Assembly (NCBI GenBank): GCA_022842595.1
Contig: JALHPF010000012.1
Location: forward strand, 37,358-101,357
Direction: 5' to 3'
DNA: 64,000 nt
DNA from: Rubrivivax sp.
Lineage (GTDB): Bacteria; Pseudomonadota; Gammaproteobacteria; Burkholderiales; Burkholderiaceae_C
In this document: in pieces, positions 20,767-31,965 of the stretch
How the letters are laid out: the number at the start of each line of letters is the position of its first letter
How positions within the stretch are numbered: position 1 is the first letter of the stretch
The notes under the pieces: model-generated
Told to the model about the DNA's origin: nothing
The model's input: the letters and a program-made list of their open reading frames with translations, nothing else
Database searches by the model: none
Position numbers and translations under genes: made by a program

Positions 20767-21495
20767 ATGGACTGGGATCTCATCCGCCAGAGCCTGCCCG
20801 ACTTCGCCGGCGGCCTGCAGGTCTGCCTGCTGCTGTTGTTCCTGAGTCTGGGCACCGGCTTCGTGCTCAGCCTGCCGCTGGCCATGGCCCGGGTCTCGTC
20901 GCGGCGCTGGCTGTCCTGGCCGGTCTGGGCCTTTACCTACGTGCTGCGTGGCACGCCGCTGCTGGTGCAGCTGTTCATCGTGTACTACGGCTTCGCGCAA
21001 TTCGAAGGGCTGCGCAACAGCGCGCTATGGCCTCTGCTGCGCGAAGCCTGGTTCTGCGCCTGGCTGGCCTTCGCGCTGAACACCACGGCCTACACCACCG
21101 AGATCTTCGCCGGCGCGCTGCGGGCCACGCCACAGGGCGAGGTCGAGGCTGCGCGTGCCTACGGCCTGTCGGGCGTGAAGCTCTACACCCGCATCCTTCT
21201 GCCCGGCGCCCTGCGGCGCGCGCTGCCGCAGTACAGCAACGAAGTGGTGGGCATGCTGCATGCCACCGCCATCGTCAGCACGGTGACCCTGGTCGACGTC
21301 ACACGCGTGGCGCGCGATGTCTATGCCAACCACCTGCTGCCGGTCGAGGCCTTCGGCACCGCTGCGGTGATCTACTTCACGCTCACCTTCGCGCTGGTCG
21401 GCGCCTTCAAGTTGCTGGAACGCCGTTTCCTGCGGCACCTGCATGCCGAACGCAGGCAGGCCGTCGCCCAACCTTCCTTGTCCCAGGCCCACTGA
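20767..21495 (+). CDS. basic amino-acid ABC transporter permease (HisM/AotM-like)
   Basis: Second permease of the pair. EAARAYGLSGVKLYTRILLPGALRRALP loop. Confidence 0.85.
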   Translation: MDWDLIRQSLPDFAGGLQVCLLLLFLSLGTGFVLSLPLAMARVSSRRWLSWPVWAFTYVLRGTPLLVQLFIVYYGFAQFEGLRNSALWPLLREAWFCAWLAFALNTTAYTTEIFAGALRATPQGEVEAARAYGLSGVKLYTRILLPGALRRALPQYSNEVVGMLHATAIVSTVTLVDVTRVARDVYANHLLPVEAFGTAAVIYFTLTFALVGAFKLLERRFLRHLHAERRQAVAQPSLSQAH

Positions 21496-21501
21496 ACCCG
21501 C

Positions 21502-22617
21502 ATGCACACCGACACCTTGGCCCTCGCGCCGCCGGCCCCCGGCCACCATCCCGCATTGACGGTGCACCGCTTCGGCACACCCGGCGCACGGCCGAAGGCG
21601 ACCATTCAAGCCGCGTTGCACGCCGACGAGGTGCCCGGCCTGCTGGTGGCGCAGCAGCTCAAGCGCGAACTGCAGCGGCTGGAAGACGCCGGACAGCTGC
21701 ACGGCGAAGTCGTGCTCGTGCCCTACGCCAACCCGCTGGGCCTGGCGCAGCACCCGCTGGGCCAGCATCAGGGCCGCTTCGACCTGCAGGACGGGCTGAA
21801 CTTCAACCGTTTCCACCCTGAACTGGCCGGTGCGGCGGGCGACCTGCTGCAGGGCCGGCTGGGCCATGACGCCGCGGCCAACGTGGCGCTCGTCCAGCAG
21901 GCGCTGCGCGACGCCGCGGCAGCGCTGCACAGCGTGCAGACCGCGCAGGATCTGAAGCACAAGCTCGTGGGCCTGGCCATCGACAGCGACATCGTGCTCG
22001 ACCTGCACTGCGACAGCCAGGCCGTGATGCACCTGTACGCGCTGACGCCGCATGCCGAGCTGGCCGCAGAACTCGGTGCGCTGCTGGGCGCGCAGGCCGT
22101 GCTGCTGGCCACCGAATCGGGTGACTCGCCTTTCGACGAAGCCTGCAGCCGCCCCTGGCTGCTGCTGGCCGAACGTTTTGCCCCGCTGCCGGTGCCGCCG
22201 GCCTGCTTCAGCGTGACCGTGGAGCTGCGCGGCGAGGCCGACACCAGCCACGCACTTGCGCAGCAGGACGCCACTGCCATCGTCGAATTCCTGCGCCGCC
22301 GCGGCATCGTCGCGGGTAAGCCTGCGCCGCTGCCTGCGGCGCTGTGCCAGCCCACACCGCTGGCCGGTTCGGAGCCACTGGCCGCGCCCCGCGCCGGCGT
22401 CGTCGTGTTCCATCGCGAGCCCGGTGAACAGATCCAGGCCGGCGAGGTGGTGGCCGATGTCGTCGACGTCGACACGGGCGAAGTCCATGTGCTGAAGGCG
22501 CAGTCCTCGGGCGTGCTCTACGCCCGCATCGCCACACGCTGGGCCACGCCCGGCAAGCGCCTGTGCAAGATCGCCGGCACCTCGCTGGCCCGCACCGGCA
22601 AACTCCTCAGCGCCTGA
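21502..22617 (+). CDS. succinylglutamate desuccinylase/aspartoacylase (AstE/AspA, M14-like) family protein
   Basis: N-terminal pattern [12 protein letters not shown]...VPYANPLG is typical of the family. The gene is inserted between the permeases and the ATPase. Confidence 0.75.
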   Translation: MHTDTLALAPPAPGHHPALTVHRFGTPGARPKATIQAALHADEVPGLLVAQQLKRELQRLEDAGQLHGEVVLVPYANPLGLAQHPLGQHQGRFDLQDGLNFNRFHPELAGAAGDLLQGRLGHDAAANVALVQQALRDAAAALHSVQTAQDLKHKLVGLAIDSDIVLDLHCDSQAVMHLYALTPHAELAAELGALLGAQAVLLATESGDSPFDEACSRPWLLLAERFAPLPVPPACFSVTVELRGEADTSHALAQQDATAIVEFLRRRGIVAGKPAPLPAALCQPTPLAGSEPLAAPRAGVVVFHREPGEQIQAGEVVADVVDVDTGEVHVLKAQSSGVLYARIATRWATPGKRLCKIAGTSLARTGKLLSA

Positions 22618-22618
22618 C

Positions 22619-23404
<786 letters not shown>

Positions 23405-23450
23405 CCGCCGTGGCGGCGACTGTCATCGTGCTGTCACGGCCTGCACCGCG

Positions 23451-25535
23451 ATGGCACCTAAACTGCGGGTGATGCGCGAAGATGCCCTGCCCCTGCTCAA
23501 CCGCGAGCGCTCCATCCTCCAGTTCAACCGGCGTGTGCTGGCCCAGGCCTGTCGTGCCGACGTGCCGCTGCTCGAGCGTTTGCGCTACATCACCATCGTC
23601 AGCAGCAACATCGACGAATTCTTCGAAGTGCGCGTGGCTGACTACATCGAAGCCGTGCGCCAGCCCGGCAGCGGCGTTTCGCATGCCGACCTGGCGACCG
23701 TGGCCGGCGCCGCCCACGAGCTCATCGACGAGCAGTACGCCGTCTTCAACGACCAGATCATGCCGGCGCTGGCCGGGCACGGCATCGTCGTGCTCAACCA
23801 TGCCGAACGCAACGAAGCGCAGCGTCAGTGGGTGGCGCAGTTCTTCGACGAGCAGGTGCGCCCGCTGCTGGTGCCCGTCAGCCTGGACCCGAGCCACCCC
23901 TTCCCGCAGGTGGCCAACAAGAGCCTGAACTTCATCGCCCAGCTCGACGGCCGCGATGCCTTCGGCCGCGACAACCAGATCGCCATCGTCAAGGTGCCGC
24001 GTGTGCTGCCGCGTGTCATCAGCCTGCCGCGCGAGCTGTGCGCGGGCCAGCAGGGCTTCGTGCTGCTGACCAGCGTCATCCGCGCGCACCTGGCCGAGCT
24101 GTTCCCCGGGCGCACGGTGCAGTCCTTCAGCCAGTTCCGCGTCACCCGCGATTCGGACCTGGAGGTCGACGCCGACGACGTCACCAACCTGCGCCAGGCG
24201 CTGCGCCGCGGGCTGACGACGCGCCACTATGGCCAGGCCATCCGGCTGGAGGTGACGAACACCTGCCCGGAAATGCTCAGCCGCTTCCTGCTGCACCAGT
24301 TCGCACTGCCCGACGTGGCGCTGTACCGTGTCAACGGTCCGGTCAATCTGGTGCGGCTGAACCAGCTCATCGACCAGGCGCAGTCCGGTGTCTCGCCCGA
24401 CCCGCTGCGCTTCCCGCCGTTCGAGCCGCGCTGGCCGAGCGAAAGCCTGGTGCCCGGCGTCTCGATGTTCGAGCAGCTGGCGCAGCGTGACGTGCTGCTG
24501 CACCACCCTTTCGAGAGCTTCGAGCCCGTGGTGCAGTTCCTGCGCGAGGCGGTCGAAGACCCCGACGTGCTGGCCATCAAGCAGACCATCTACCGCACCG
24601 GCGCGCAGAGCGTGCTGGGCGACCTGCTCATCGAGGCCGCGCGCCGCGGCAAGGAGGTGCTGGCCGTGGTGGAGCTGACGGCGCGCTTCGACGAGGAAGC
24701 CAACATCAACTGGGCCGAACGCCTGGAGGCCGTGGGTGCGCAGGTGGTCTACGGCATCGTCGGCCTGAAGACCCACGCCAAGATGCTGCTGGTGACACGC
24801 CGCGAAGGTGGCCGCCTGCGCCGCTATGCCCACCTGAGCACCGGCAACTACAACCCCAGGACGGCGCGCATGTACACCGACATGGGCTGCCTCACGGCCG
24901 ACCCGGGGCTGACGGCCGACGCCGATGCGGTGTTCCTGCAACTGGCCAGCCAGACACGCGTGAAGGCGCCGCACCAGCTGGTCACAGCGCCCTTCCTGCT
25001 GCACCGCCGCTGTATCCGCCACATGCGCCAGGTGGCCGACGCAGCGCGTGCAGGTCAGCCGGCGCGCATCGTCGTGAAGGTGAATGCGCTGACCGACCCG
25101 GCGCTGATCCAGGGGCTGGCCGCGGCCAGCCAGGCCGGCGCCAGCATCGACCTGGTGATCCGTGGTGCCTGCATGCTGCCGCCGGGGCTGGCCGGCCACA
25201 CCGACAACATCCGCGTGCGCTCGGTCGTCGGCCGCTTCCTCGAACACACCCGGGTGCTCTACTTCCGCTGGGGCGACGACGAAGCCGACGAAGTGCTCTA
25301 CCTCAGCAGCGCCGACTGGATGAGCCGCAACATGTTCCGCCGCATCGAAGTGGCCTGGCCGGTGCGCGACCCGCTGCTGCGCCAGCGCGTCATCGACGAA
25401 GCGCTGGTGCCCTATCTGCACGACACCCTCGACGCCTGGGCGCTGGACAGCGAAGGCCGCTACCGGCGCGTGCTGGCCGAACCCGGCGCCAACCCGGCGG
25501 GCGCGCAGCAGGCGCTGATGCAGCGCTACGCCTGA
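23451..25535 (+). CDS. ppk: polyphosphate kinase 1
   Basis: 694 aa. N-terminal LLNRERSILQFNRRVLAQA, and HAKMLLV and STGNYN motifs of PPK1. Confidence 0.9.
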   Translation: MAPKLRVMREDALPLLNRERSILQFNRRVLAQACRADVPLLERLRYITIVSSNIDEFFEVRVADYIEAVRQPGSGVSHADLATVAGAAHELIDEQYAVFNDQIMPALAGHGIVVLNHAERNEAQRQWVAQFFDEQVRPLLVPVSLDPSHPFPQVANKSLNFIAQLDGRDAFGRDNQIAIVKVPRVLPRVISLPRELCAGQQGFVLLTSVIRAHLAELFPGRTVQSFSQFRVTRDSDLEVDADDVTNLRQALRRGLTTRHYGQAIRLEVTNTCPEMLSRFLLHQFALPDVALYRVNGPVNLVRLNQLIDQAQSGVSPDPLRFPPFEPRWPSESLVPGVSMFEQLAQRDVLLHHPFESFEPVVQFLREAVEDPDVLAIKQTIYRTGAQSVLGDLLIEAARRGKEVLAVVELTARFDEEANINWAERLEAVGAQVVYGIVGLKTHAKMLLVTRREGGRLRRYAHLSTGNYNPRTARMYTDMGCLTADPGLTADADAVFLQLASQTRVKAPHQLVTAPFLLHRRCIRHMRQVADAARAGQPARIVVKVNALTDPALIQGLAAASQAGASIDLVIRGACMLPPGLAGHTDNIRVRSVVGRFLEHTRVLYFRWGDDEADEVLYLSSADWMSRNMFRRIEVAWPVRDPLLRQRVIDEALVPYLHDTLDAWALDSEGRYRRVLAEPGANPAGAQQALMQRYA

Positions 25536-25548
25536 AGTGGGAACGAGC

Positions 25549-26010
25549 ATGGACCTGATCCTCTGGCGCCACGCCGAAGCCTTCGAGATGCGCGAAGTGC
25601 AGACCGATCTCGACCGCGCGCTCACGCCCAAGGGCGAGCGCCAGGCCCAGCGCATGGCCGCCTGGCTCAACCGCCAGCTGCCCAGCAGCGCGCGGGTGCT
25701 GGTGAGCCCCGCCCGGCGCACGCAGCAGACGGCGCAGGCGCTCGAGCGCAAGTTCAAGACCCTGGACGCGCTGGCCCCCGACGGCACCGTCGACAGCCTG
25801 CTGCACGCTGCGCGCTGGCCCGATTCACGCGAGCCCGTGCTGGTGATCGGCCACCAGCCGACGCTGGGCCTGGTCGCCGCCTACCTGGCTTCCGGCCAGC
25901 CGCAGGCCTGGGCGGTGAAGAAGGGCGCCGTCTGGTGGCTGCGGGGGCGCGAACGCGACGGGCAGTTGCAGGTGGTGCTGCACGCCGTCGTCGGGCCCGA
26001 CCTGCTGTGA
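25549..26010 (+). CDS. SixA-like histidine phosphatase family protein
   Basis: RHA motif (LILWRHAEA) and GHQPTLG. An alternative start at 25537 directly abuts the ppk stop. Confidence 0.7.
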   Translation: MDLILWRHAEAFEMREVQTDLDRALTPKGERQAQRMAAWLNRQLPSSARVLVSPARRTQQTAQALERKFKTLDALAPDGTVDSLLHAARWPDSREPVLVIGHQPTLGLVAAYLASGQPQAWAVKKGAVWWLRGRERDGQLQVVLHAVVGPDLL

Positions 26011-26041
26011 AGGCGCGAAGCCTGGGCGCAGTCGCGGCGCT

Positions 26042-27556
26042 TCAGCCCGGCAGCTCCAGCTTCATCGGCCCGCTGCGCGACCAGATCTCGGCCTCTTCGC
26101 GCAGCAGGAACACCGTGCGCGGGTGTTGCTCGGCCCATTCGGGCTTGTAGCTCAGGGCCGCGTCGCGGCCCCGCTGGCGCAGGACCAGCGCGCGGGCGCT
26201 GACCTCGCCGCGCGCATGGCACTTGATGGCGGCCAGTCTCAGGCACAGCACCTGCCAGGCAAAGCCCTCGTTGGCCAGCTGCGGCTCGATCTTGCGCAGC
26301 CCGCCACGCTGCGCCAGCACCAGGTCGCCGATGCGCCGCTGCTGGCTCTGCGAAAAGCCCGGTGCGTCGACATGCGCCAGCAGGTAGGCGCTGTGGCGGT
26401 GGTGGTCGTGGTGCGAAACCATCAGCCCGATCTCGTGCAACGCACAGGCCCAGGCGAGTTCGCGACGCACTTCATTGCCCGCCGCCGCGGGCAGGGCCGG
26501 CTGGGCGGCGTCGAACAGCGCCAGCGCCACCGACGATACCCGCGCCGCCTGGCCGGTGTCCACCGCAAAGCGGCGCTGCAGCTCGGCCACGCTGGCGTCG
26601 CGCATATCGCCCGGGCGGGTGCGCTGCAGGGCTTCGATGCGTTCGTTCAGGTCGACGATCACGCCCTGGCGCAGCGCGCCCTTGGCCGGCCACAGCGCAT
26701 TGATGTCGAAGTGCGCGGCAAGGGTGTACAGGATGGCCAGGCCGCCAGGCAGCACGGCATGGCGTTCGGGCTTCAGGCCGGGCAGCGACAGGCGGTCCAG
26801 GCTGCCTGCGGCAATGCACTTTTCGATGCACCAGCGCAGGCCGGCGGGGGTGATGCGCCCGTCGCTCACGCCGTTGGCCTGCAGCAGCCCGGCGACGGCA
26901 CCCGCCGTGCCCGACGAGCCCAGCGCCTTGTCCCAGCGCTGCGGGGCAAACGGCTGCAGGGCTTCTTCGAGCTCTGCGCCCGCGGCCACCTGGGCGGCGC
27001 GGAAGGCGGCTTCGGTGAGCTTGCCGTCGCCGAAGAATCGCATCGACAGGCTGACGCAGCCCACGCCGTAACTTTCGGCCACCTGCGGCACGCGGCCCTG
27101 GCCCAGGATGAGTTCGGTCGACCGGCCACCGATGTCGACGACCAGCCGGCGCTCGTCGCTGGGTTGCATCTGCGCCACGCCGGCGTAGATCAGGCGCGCT
27201 TCCTCGCGGCCGGAAATGACTTCGATCGGGAACCCCAGCGCTTCCTGGGCGCGCAGCAGGAAGGCGTTGCGGTTGCGCGCCTCGCGCAGCGTCTGCGTGG
27301 CCACGGCGCGCACCTGCGCGGCGTCGAAGCCCGTCAGGCGCCCGGCAAAGCGGCGCAGGCAGGCCAGGCCGCGCTGCACGGCCTCTTCGGTCAGCAGGCC
27401 GTTGCCGTCGAGGCCCGCGCCCAGGCGCACGGTTTCCTTCAGGTAGTCGACGCGGCGGTAGCGGCCATGCTGCAGCTGGGCCAGTTCCAGCCGGAAGCTG
27501 TTGGAGCCCATGTCGATGGCGGCGAGGAGCCCGCCCTGGTTGGCACGTTCTTGCAT
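26042..27556 (-). CDS. ppx: exopolyphosphatase (Ppx/GppA family)
   Basis: Internal ATG 27556 gives MQERANQGGLLAAIDMGSNSFRL (ASKHA phosphate-1 motif), with a C-terminal HD-like region (HHDHHRHSAYL). The upstream 91 codons of the listed ORF are rejected. Confidence 0.85.
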   Translation of the reverse strand: MQERANQGGLLAAIDMGSNSFRLELAQLQHGRYRRVDYLKETVRLGAGLDGNGLLTEEAVQRGLACLRRFAGRLTGFDAAQVRAVATQTLREARNRNAFLLRAQEALGFPIEVISGREEARLIYAGVAQMQPSDERRLVVDIGGRSTELILGQGRVPQVAESYGVGCVSLSMRFFGDGKLTEAAFRAAQVAAGAELEEALQPFAPQRWDKALGSSGTAGAVAGLLQANGVSDGRITPAGLRWCIEKCIAAGSLDRLSLPGLKPERHAVLPGGLAILYTLAAHFDINALWPAKGALRQGVIVDLNERIEALQRTRPGDMRDASVAELQRRFAVDTGQAARVSSVALALFDAAQPALPAAAGNEVRRELAWACALHEIGLMVSHHDHHRHSAYLLAHVDAPGFSQSQQRRIGDLVLAQRGGLRKIEPQLANEGFAWQVLCLRLAAIKCHARGEVSARALVLRQRGRDAALSYKPEWAEQHPRTVFLLREEAEIWSRSGPMKLELPG

Positions 27557-27629
27557 GGACGCATTGTGCCCACGGGTTTTTACGCCCCAGCCCACAATCG
27601 CGGCTTTCCAACACCCGATGGAGACTGGC

Positions 27630-28520
27630 ATGCTCAAGGAAGAATTCGACACCCTCGTTCCCGCGCAGGGCGCCTTCGACGCCGCCGTGGACCGCCGCAG
27701 CTTCGTGCGCACCACGCTGGGCACCGGCTTTGCCGCCGCGGTGCTGCCGGTGATGGCGCAGACGGTGGTGAAGACCGACACCGCCGGCCTCGTCGCCGGC
27801 GAGGTGACCATCCCCGTGGGTGACTTCAAGATGCCGGCCTACCGCGCTGCGCCCGCCAACCGGCCGAATGCGCCGGTGGTGCTGGTCATCAGCGAGATCT
27901 TCGGCGTGCACGAATACATCGCCGACGTGGCGCGGCGCTTCGCCAAGGCCGGCTACTGCGCGATCGCCCCCGAACTCTTCGTCCGCCAGGGCGACGCCAC
28001 GGCGTATGGCGAGATCGGCAAGCTCATAGCGGAAGTCATCAGCAAGGTGCCCGACGCCCAGGTGATGGGCGACCTGGACGCGACGCTGGCCTGGGCCAAG
28101 GGCCAGGGCTTCGACAGCAGCAAGGCCGGCATCACCGGCTTCTGCTGGGGTGGGCGCATCACCTGGATGTACACGGCGCACAACCCCGGCATCAAGGCCG
28201 GCGTGGCTTGGTACGGCCGCCTGGTGGGGCAGGCCTCGCCGCTGACACCCACCCACCCCGCCGACGTGACGGCCAGGCTGGCCGGACCGGTATTGGGCCT
28301 GTACGGCGAGAAGGACACCGGCATCCCGCTGGACACCGTCGAAACGATGAAGGCCGCCCTGGCCAAGGGCAGTGCCGCGGCGCAGAAGAGCCAGTTCGTC
28401 GTCTACCCGGAAGCCCCGCACGCGTTCCACGCCGACTACCGCCCCAGCTACCGCAAGGAAGCGGCCGACGACGGCTGGAAGCGGGCGCTGGACTGGTTCA
28501 AGGCGAACGGCGTGGCCTGA
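27630..28520 (+). CDS. dienelactone hydrolase family protein with Tat-type signal
   Basis: Twin-arginine motif DRRSFVRTTLGTGFAAAVLP. DLH motifs ISEIFGVHEYI and GFCWGG. GGAG lies 6 nt upstream of ATG 27630; ATG 27618 is an alternative start. Confidence 0.75.
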   Translation: MLKEEFDTLVPAQGAFDAAVDRRSFVRTTLGTGFAAAVLPVMAQTVVKTDTAGLVAGEVTIPVGDFKMPAYRAAPANRPNAPVVLVISEIFGVHEYIADVARRFAKAGYCAIAPELFVRQGDATAYGEIGKLIAEVISKVPDAQVMGDLDATLAWAKGQGFDSSKAGITGFCWGGRITWMYTAHNPGIKAGVAWYGRLVGQASPLTPTHPADVTARLAGPVLGLYGEKDTGIPLDTVETMKAALAKGSAAAQKSQFVVYPEAPHAFHADYRPSYRKEAADDGWKRALDWFKANGVA

Positions 28521-28590
28521 AGCCGCTGGCAGCCTGGGCGACCCCGCTGGCTGCTGACGGGGCGCTTGACAGGGTCGGTAGCATCGCTGC

Positions 28591-29376
28591 ATGACCCTTG
28601 CCTACATCGTTGCTGCCACGGCCATCGGCGGCCTGCTTTCCGTTCTCATCGCGGCCGCCCTGTCGGTCACGGTGCTCAGCCGTGTCGTCAAGAGTCTGGT
28701 CAGCCTGTCGGCGGGCGTGCTGCTCGGCACTTCCTTGCTGCATGTGTTGCCCGAGGCGTTCGAAAGCGGAGCCAGCCCGCAAGCGCTGTTCGGCACCCTG
28801 CTGGCTGGCCTGCTGTTCTTCTGGATGCTGGAGAAGGCCGAGCTCTACCGCCACGTGCACCACCACGAAGGCGACGGTCACGACCACCACCACCACTTCG
28901 ACGCCCAGCAGGCCGGCCGCGGTGGCCTGAGCGTGCTGGTGGGCGATGCGGTGCACAACTTCTGCGACGGCGTGATCATCGCGGCGGCCTTCATCGCCGA
29001 CCCGAAGCTGGGCGTGGCCACGGCCCTGGCGGTGGCGGCGCACGAGATTCCGCAGGAAGCCGGCGACTACATCGTGCTGCTGAACGCCGGTTTCTCGCGG
29101 CGCAAGGCGCTGTTCTTCAATGCGCTGTCGGGGCTGGCGGCGGTGGCCGGCGGGGTGCTGGGCTTCTATCTCGTCGGCCCGTGGGAAAGCCTGCTGCCCT
29201 ACCTGCTGGTGGTGGCGTCGAGCAGCTTCATCTACGTGGCCGTGGCCGACCTGCTGCCGCAGCTGCAGCAGCGGCTCAGCTGGCGCGAAACGGTGACGCA
29301 GGTGGCCTGGCTCGGCGCCGGCCTGCTGCTGGTGATGCTGGCGCGGGAAATCCTGCATGCAGGCCACGCGCACTGA
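28591..29376 (+). CDS. ZIP family metal (Zn/Fe) transporter
   Basis: His-rich loop HVHHHEGDGHDHHHHFD and the ZIP signature HEIPQEAGDY. Confidence 0.85.
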   Translation: MTLAYIVAATAIGGLLSVLIAAALSVTVLSRVVKSLVSLSAGVLLGTSLLHVLPEAFESGASPQALFGTLLAGLLFFWMLEKAELYRHVHHHEGDGHDHHHHFDAQQAGRGGLSVLVGDAVHNFCDGVIIAAAFIADPKLGVATALAVAAHEIPQEAGDYIVLLNAGFSRRKALFFNALSGLAAVAGGVLGFYLVGPWESLLPYLLVVASSSFIYVAVADLLPQLQQRLSWRETVTQVAWLGAGLLLVMLAREILHAGHAH

Positions 29377-29467
29377 GCCCATGCCGTGAAAGGCAGGCCG
29401 CCACCGTGGCCTTGCGGCAAGGGCACACTCCGGCCCTGTGCCGCCATCGCTGCCCCCGCACCTGCCC

Positions 29468-30988
29468 ATGCCCGCCTTCCGCTTCGACAACACCTACGCC
29501 CGTGACCTGCCGGGCTTCTACACCTCTTGGCAGCCGGCCCGCGTGCCCGCGCCGCAACTGCTGTTTTTCAACGATGGCCTGGCCGCCGACCTGGGCCTGG
29601 ACGCAGCCGCGCTGCAGGGCGAGGCCGCTGCCGCCCTCTTCGCCGGCAACACGGTTCCCGAAGGCGCCGAGCCCCTGGCCCAGGCCTATGCCGGCCACCA
29701 GTTCGGCGGCTTCTCGCCGCGCCTGGGCGACGGCCGCGCGCTGCTGCTGGGCGAGGTCGTCGATACCCAGGGCCGGCGCCGCGACATCGCCATGAAGGGC
29801 TCGGGCCGCACGCCGTTTTCGCGCGGCGGCGACGGCAAGGCCGCGGTGGGCCCGATGCTGCGCGAAGTGCTCATCGGCGAAGGGATGCACGCACTCGGCA
29901 TCCCCACCACGCGTGCGCTGGCAGTGGCAGGCACGGGCGAACACGTGATGCGTGAACTGCCTCTGCCCGGCGCCGTGCTCACGCGCGTGGCCGCCAGCCA
30001 CCTGCGCGTGGGCACCTTCCAGTTCTTCCTGGCCGAAGGCGACACCGACAAGCTGCGCCGGCTGCTGGACTACGCCATCGCCCGCCACGATCCGGCCCTG
30101 GCCGGCACGCCCGGGCAGGAAATGGCCTTCCTGCGTGCGGTGGCGCGGCGCCAGGCCACGCTGATCGCACAGTGGCTGAACGTCGGCTTCATCCACGGCG
30201 TGATGAACACCGACAACATGACGATCTCGGGCGAGACCATCGACTACGGCCCCTGCGCCTTCATGGAAGCCTACGACCCGGCCACCGTGTTCAGCAGCAT
30301 CGACCACGGCGGGCGCTATGCCTATGGCAATCAGCCCGGCATCGCGCGCTGGAACCTGGCGCGGCTGGCCGAAACGCTGTTGCCGCTGGTGGCCGATGGC
30401 GACGACGAAGCTGCGGCAAAGCAGGCCGTGGCGGCTGCCACTGCGGTGATCGACGAGTTCCCGGTTTGGGTGGCGCAGGCCCTGCTGCACGGGCAGCGGG
30501 CCAAGCTGGGCCTGCTGGCGCCGGCAGCGACCCTGACCGCGGCCGACGACGAGGAGGACGCCCGCCTGGTGGCCGCCTGGCTGGCGCAGCTGCAGGCCCA
30601 GGCGGTGGACTTCACGCTGGCCTGGCGGCTGCTCGCGGGTGCAGCGGAAGGTGACAGCGAACCGCTGCGCGACCAGTTCCGCGACCGCGAGGCCCTCGAC
30701 GCCTGGCTTCTGGCCTGGCAGGCGCGTCTGGCCCGGGACACCGCCGCAGGCGGGCCGGCCGCGACCGAGCGCGCCGCGGCGATGCGCCGGGTGAGCCCGC
30801 GCATCATCGCGCGCAATCATCGGGTGGAAGCCGCGCTGGCGGCGGCCACCGAAGGCGACATGGCGCCTTTCGACGCCCTGCTGGCAGCGGTTCGCCAGCC
30901 CTATTCAGACGCGCCGGCCTTGACTGCCTATGCGCAGCCGGCGCCCGCTGCCGAAACCTTGGTGTACCAGACCTTCTGCGGCACCTGA
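29468..30988 (+). CDS. selO: protein adenylyltransferase SelO (YdiU)
   Basis: MPAFRFDNTYARDLPGFY N-terminus, GDGRALLLGE and FIHGVMNTDNMTISGETIDYGPCAF motifs. Start is the internal ATG of the listed ORF. Confidence 0.85.
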   Translation: MPAFRFDNTYARDLPGFYTSWQPARVPAPQLLFFNDGLAADLGLDAAALQGEAAAALFAGNTVPEGAEPLAQAYAGHQFGGFSPRLGDGRALLLGEVVDTQGRRRDIAMKGSGRTPFSRGGDGKAAVGPMLREVLIGEGMHALGIPTTRALAVAGTGEHVMRELPLPGAVLTRVAASHLRVGTFQFFLAEGDTDKLRRLLDYAIARHDPALAGTPGQEMAFLRAVARRQATLIAQWLNVGFIHGVMNTDNMTISGETIDYGPCAFMEAYDPATVFSSIDHGGRYAYGNQPGIARWNLARLAETLLPLVADGDDEAAAKQAVAAATAVIDEFPVWVAQALLHGQRAKLGLLAPAATLTAADDEEDARLVAAWLAQLQAQAVDFTLAWRLLAGAAEGDSEPLRDQFRDREALDAWLLAWQARLARDTAAGGPAATERAAAMRRVSPRIIARNHRVEAALAAATEGDMAPFDALLAAVRQPYSDAPALTAYAQPAPAAETLVYQTFCGT

Positions 30989-31011
30989 ACGAGCCGGCGC
31001 CGCGGCCCGTT

Positions 31012-31395
31012 TCAGGCCTTGGGCAGCCGGTACATCGCGCAGAGCTTGTGGCCGTCCGGGTCGCGCAGGTAGGCCAGGTAGAGCTTGCCCGCGGTGCCTT
31101 CGCGCACACCGGGCGGGTCTTCGCAACTCGTGGCGCCGGCGGCCAGCCCGGCCGCGTGCCAGGCCTGGACCTCGGCTTCCGATTTCGCGGCAAAGCCGAT
31201 GGTGCTGCCGTTGGCCACCGTGGCCGGCTCGCCGTCGATCGGCCGCGTCACTGAAAAGACGCCGCCCGGCGTGCGCCAGAAGACGCGGTGGCGGTCGACG
31301 AAGCCGGCCGGCACCCCCAGCGTGCCCAGCAGGCTGTCGTAGAAGGCCTTGGCTCGGTCCAGGTCGTTGGTACCGATCATCAGGTGCGAGAACAT
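31012..31395 (-). CDS. VOC (glyoxalase/bleomycin-resistance/dioxygenase) family protein
   Basis: MFSHLMIGTNDLDRAKAFY...YLRDPDGHKL pattern. Start is at the internal ATG 31395. Confidence 0.65.
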   Translation of the reverse strand: MFSHLMIGTNDLDRAKAFYDSLLGTLGVPAGFVDRHRVFWRTPGGVFSVTRPIDGEPATVANGSTIGFAAKSEAEVQAWHAAGLAAGATSCEDPPGVREGTAGKLYLAYLRDPDGHKLCAMYRLPKA

Positions 31396-31464
31396 CGTGC
31401 GCAGTCTCCGGGTTTCGGGTGCCGCATGCACCCGGCGGAAGACTAACGCACGGCGGCCATGCTG

Positions 31465-31899
31465 CTAGCGAACCACCAGCACCGGCAGCGTGCTGTGGGT
31501 CAGCACCTTCTGCGTCTCGCTGCCCAGCAGCAGCGCAGTGACGCCGCGGCGGCCATGCGAAGCCATCACCAGCAGGTCGCACCCGTGCTGCTTGGCTTGC
31601 TCGAGGATGGCTTCCCAGGCGTGCAGCGCCTCGACGGTTTCGCCCTTGGCCGTGATGCCGGCGGCTTGTGCGGTTTCCAGCGCTTCCTTCACGCGGCCTG
31701 CTGCCACGCGTTCCTGGGCGTCGTAGAACTCCTGCGGCGGCACCGGCTGCATCTCGGAAATGGCGCTGTAGGGGAAGGGCTCCTTCACCGACAGCACCTG
31801 CAGTTCGGCCCCGCTCAGCCGCGCCAGGCCAATGGCCTGCTGCAGCGCCTTGCGCGTGATGTCGCTGCCGTCGGTGGGGAAGAGGATTCTTTTGTACAT
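31465..31899 (-). CDS. universal stress protein (UspA family)
   Basis: MYKRILFPTDGSD...DLLVMASHGRRGVTALLLGSETQKVLTHSTLPVLVVR. Confidence 0.8.
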   Translation of the reverse strand: MYKRILFPTDGSDITRKALQQAIGLARLSGAELQVLSVKEPFPYSAISEMQPVPPQEFYDAQERVAAGRVKEALETAQAAGITAKGETVEALHAWEAILEQAKQHGCDLLVMASHGRRGVTALLLGSETQKVLTHSTLPVLVVR

Positions 31900-31965
31900 G
31901 AGATGCTCCTTTGGATGATGCCCGCGCAGTGTGGGGCGATCATGCGCCCGGCCGCTTGATGCCCG

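Noticed and set aside
26472-28592. 706-aa ORF spanning the ppx region and antisense to the dienelactone hydrolase gene
   Set aside because: It is out of frame with ppx and antisense to the DLH gene, and is very Arg/Pro/Gly-rich.
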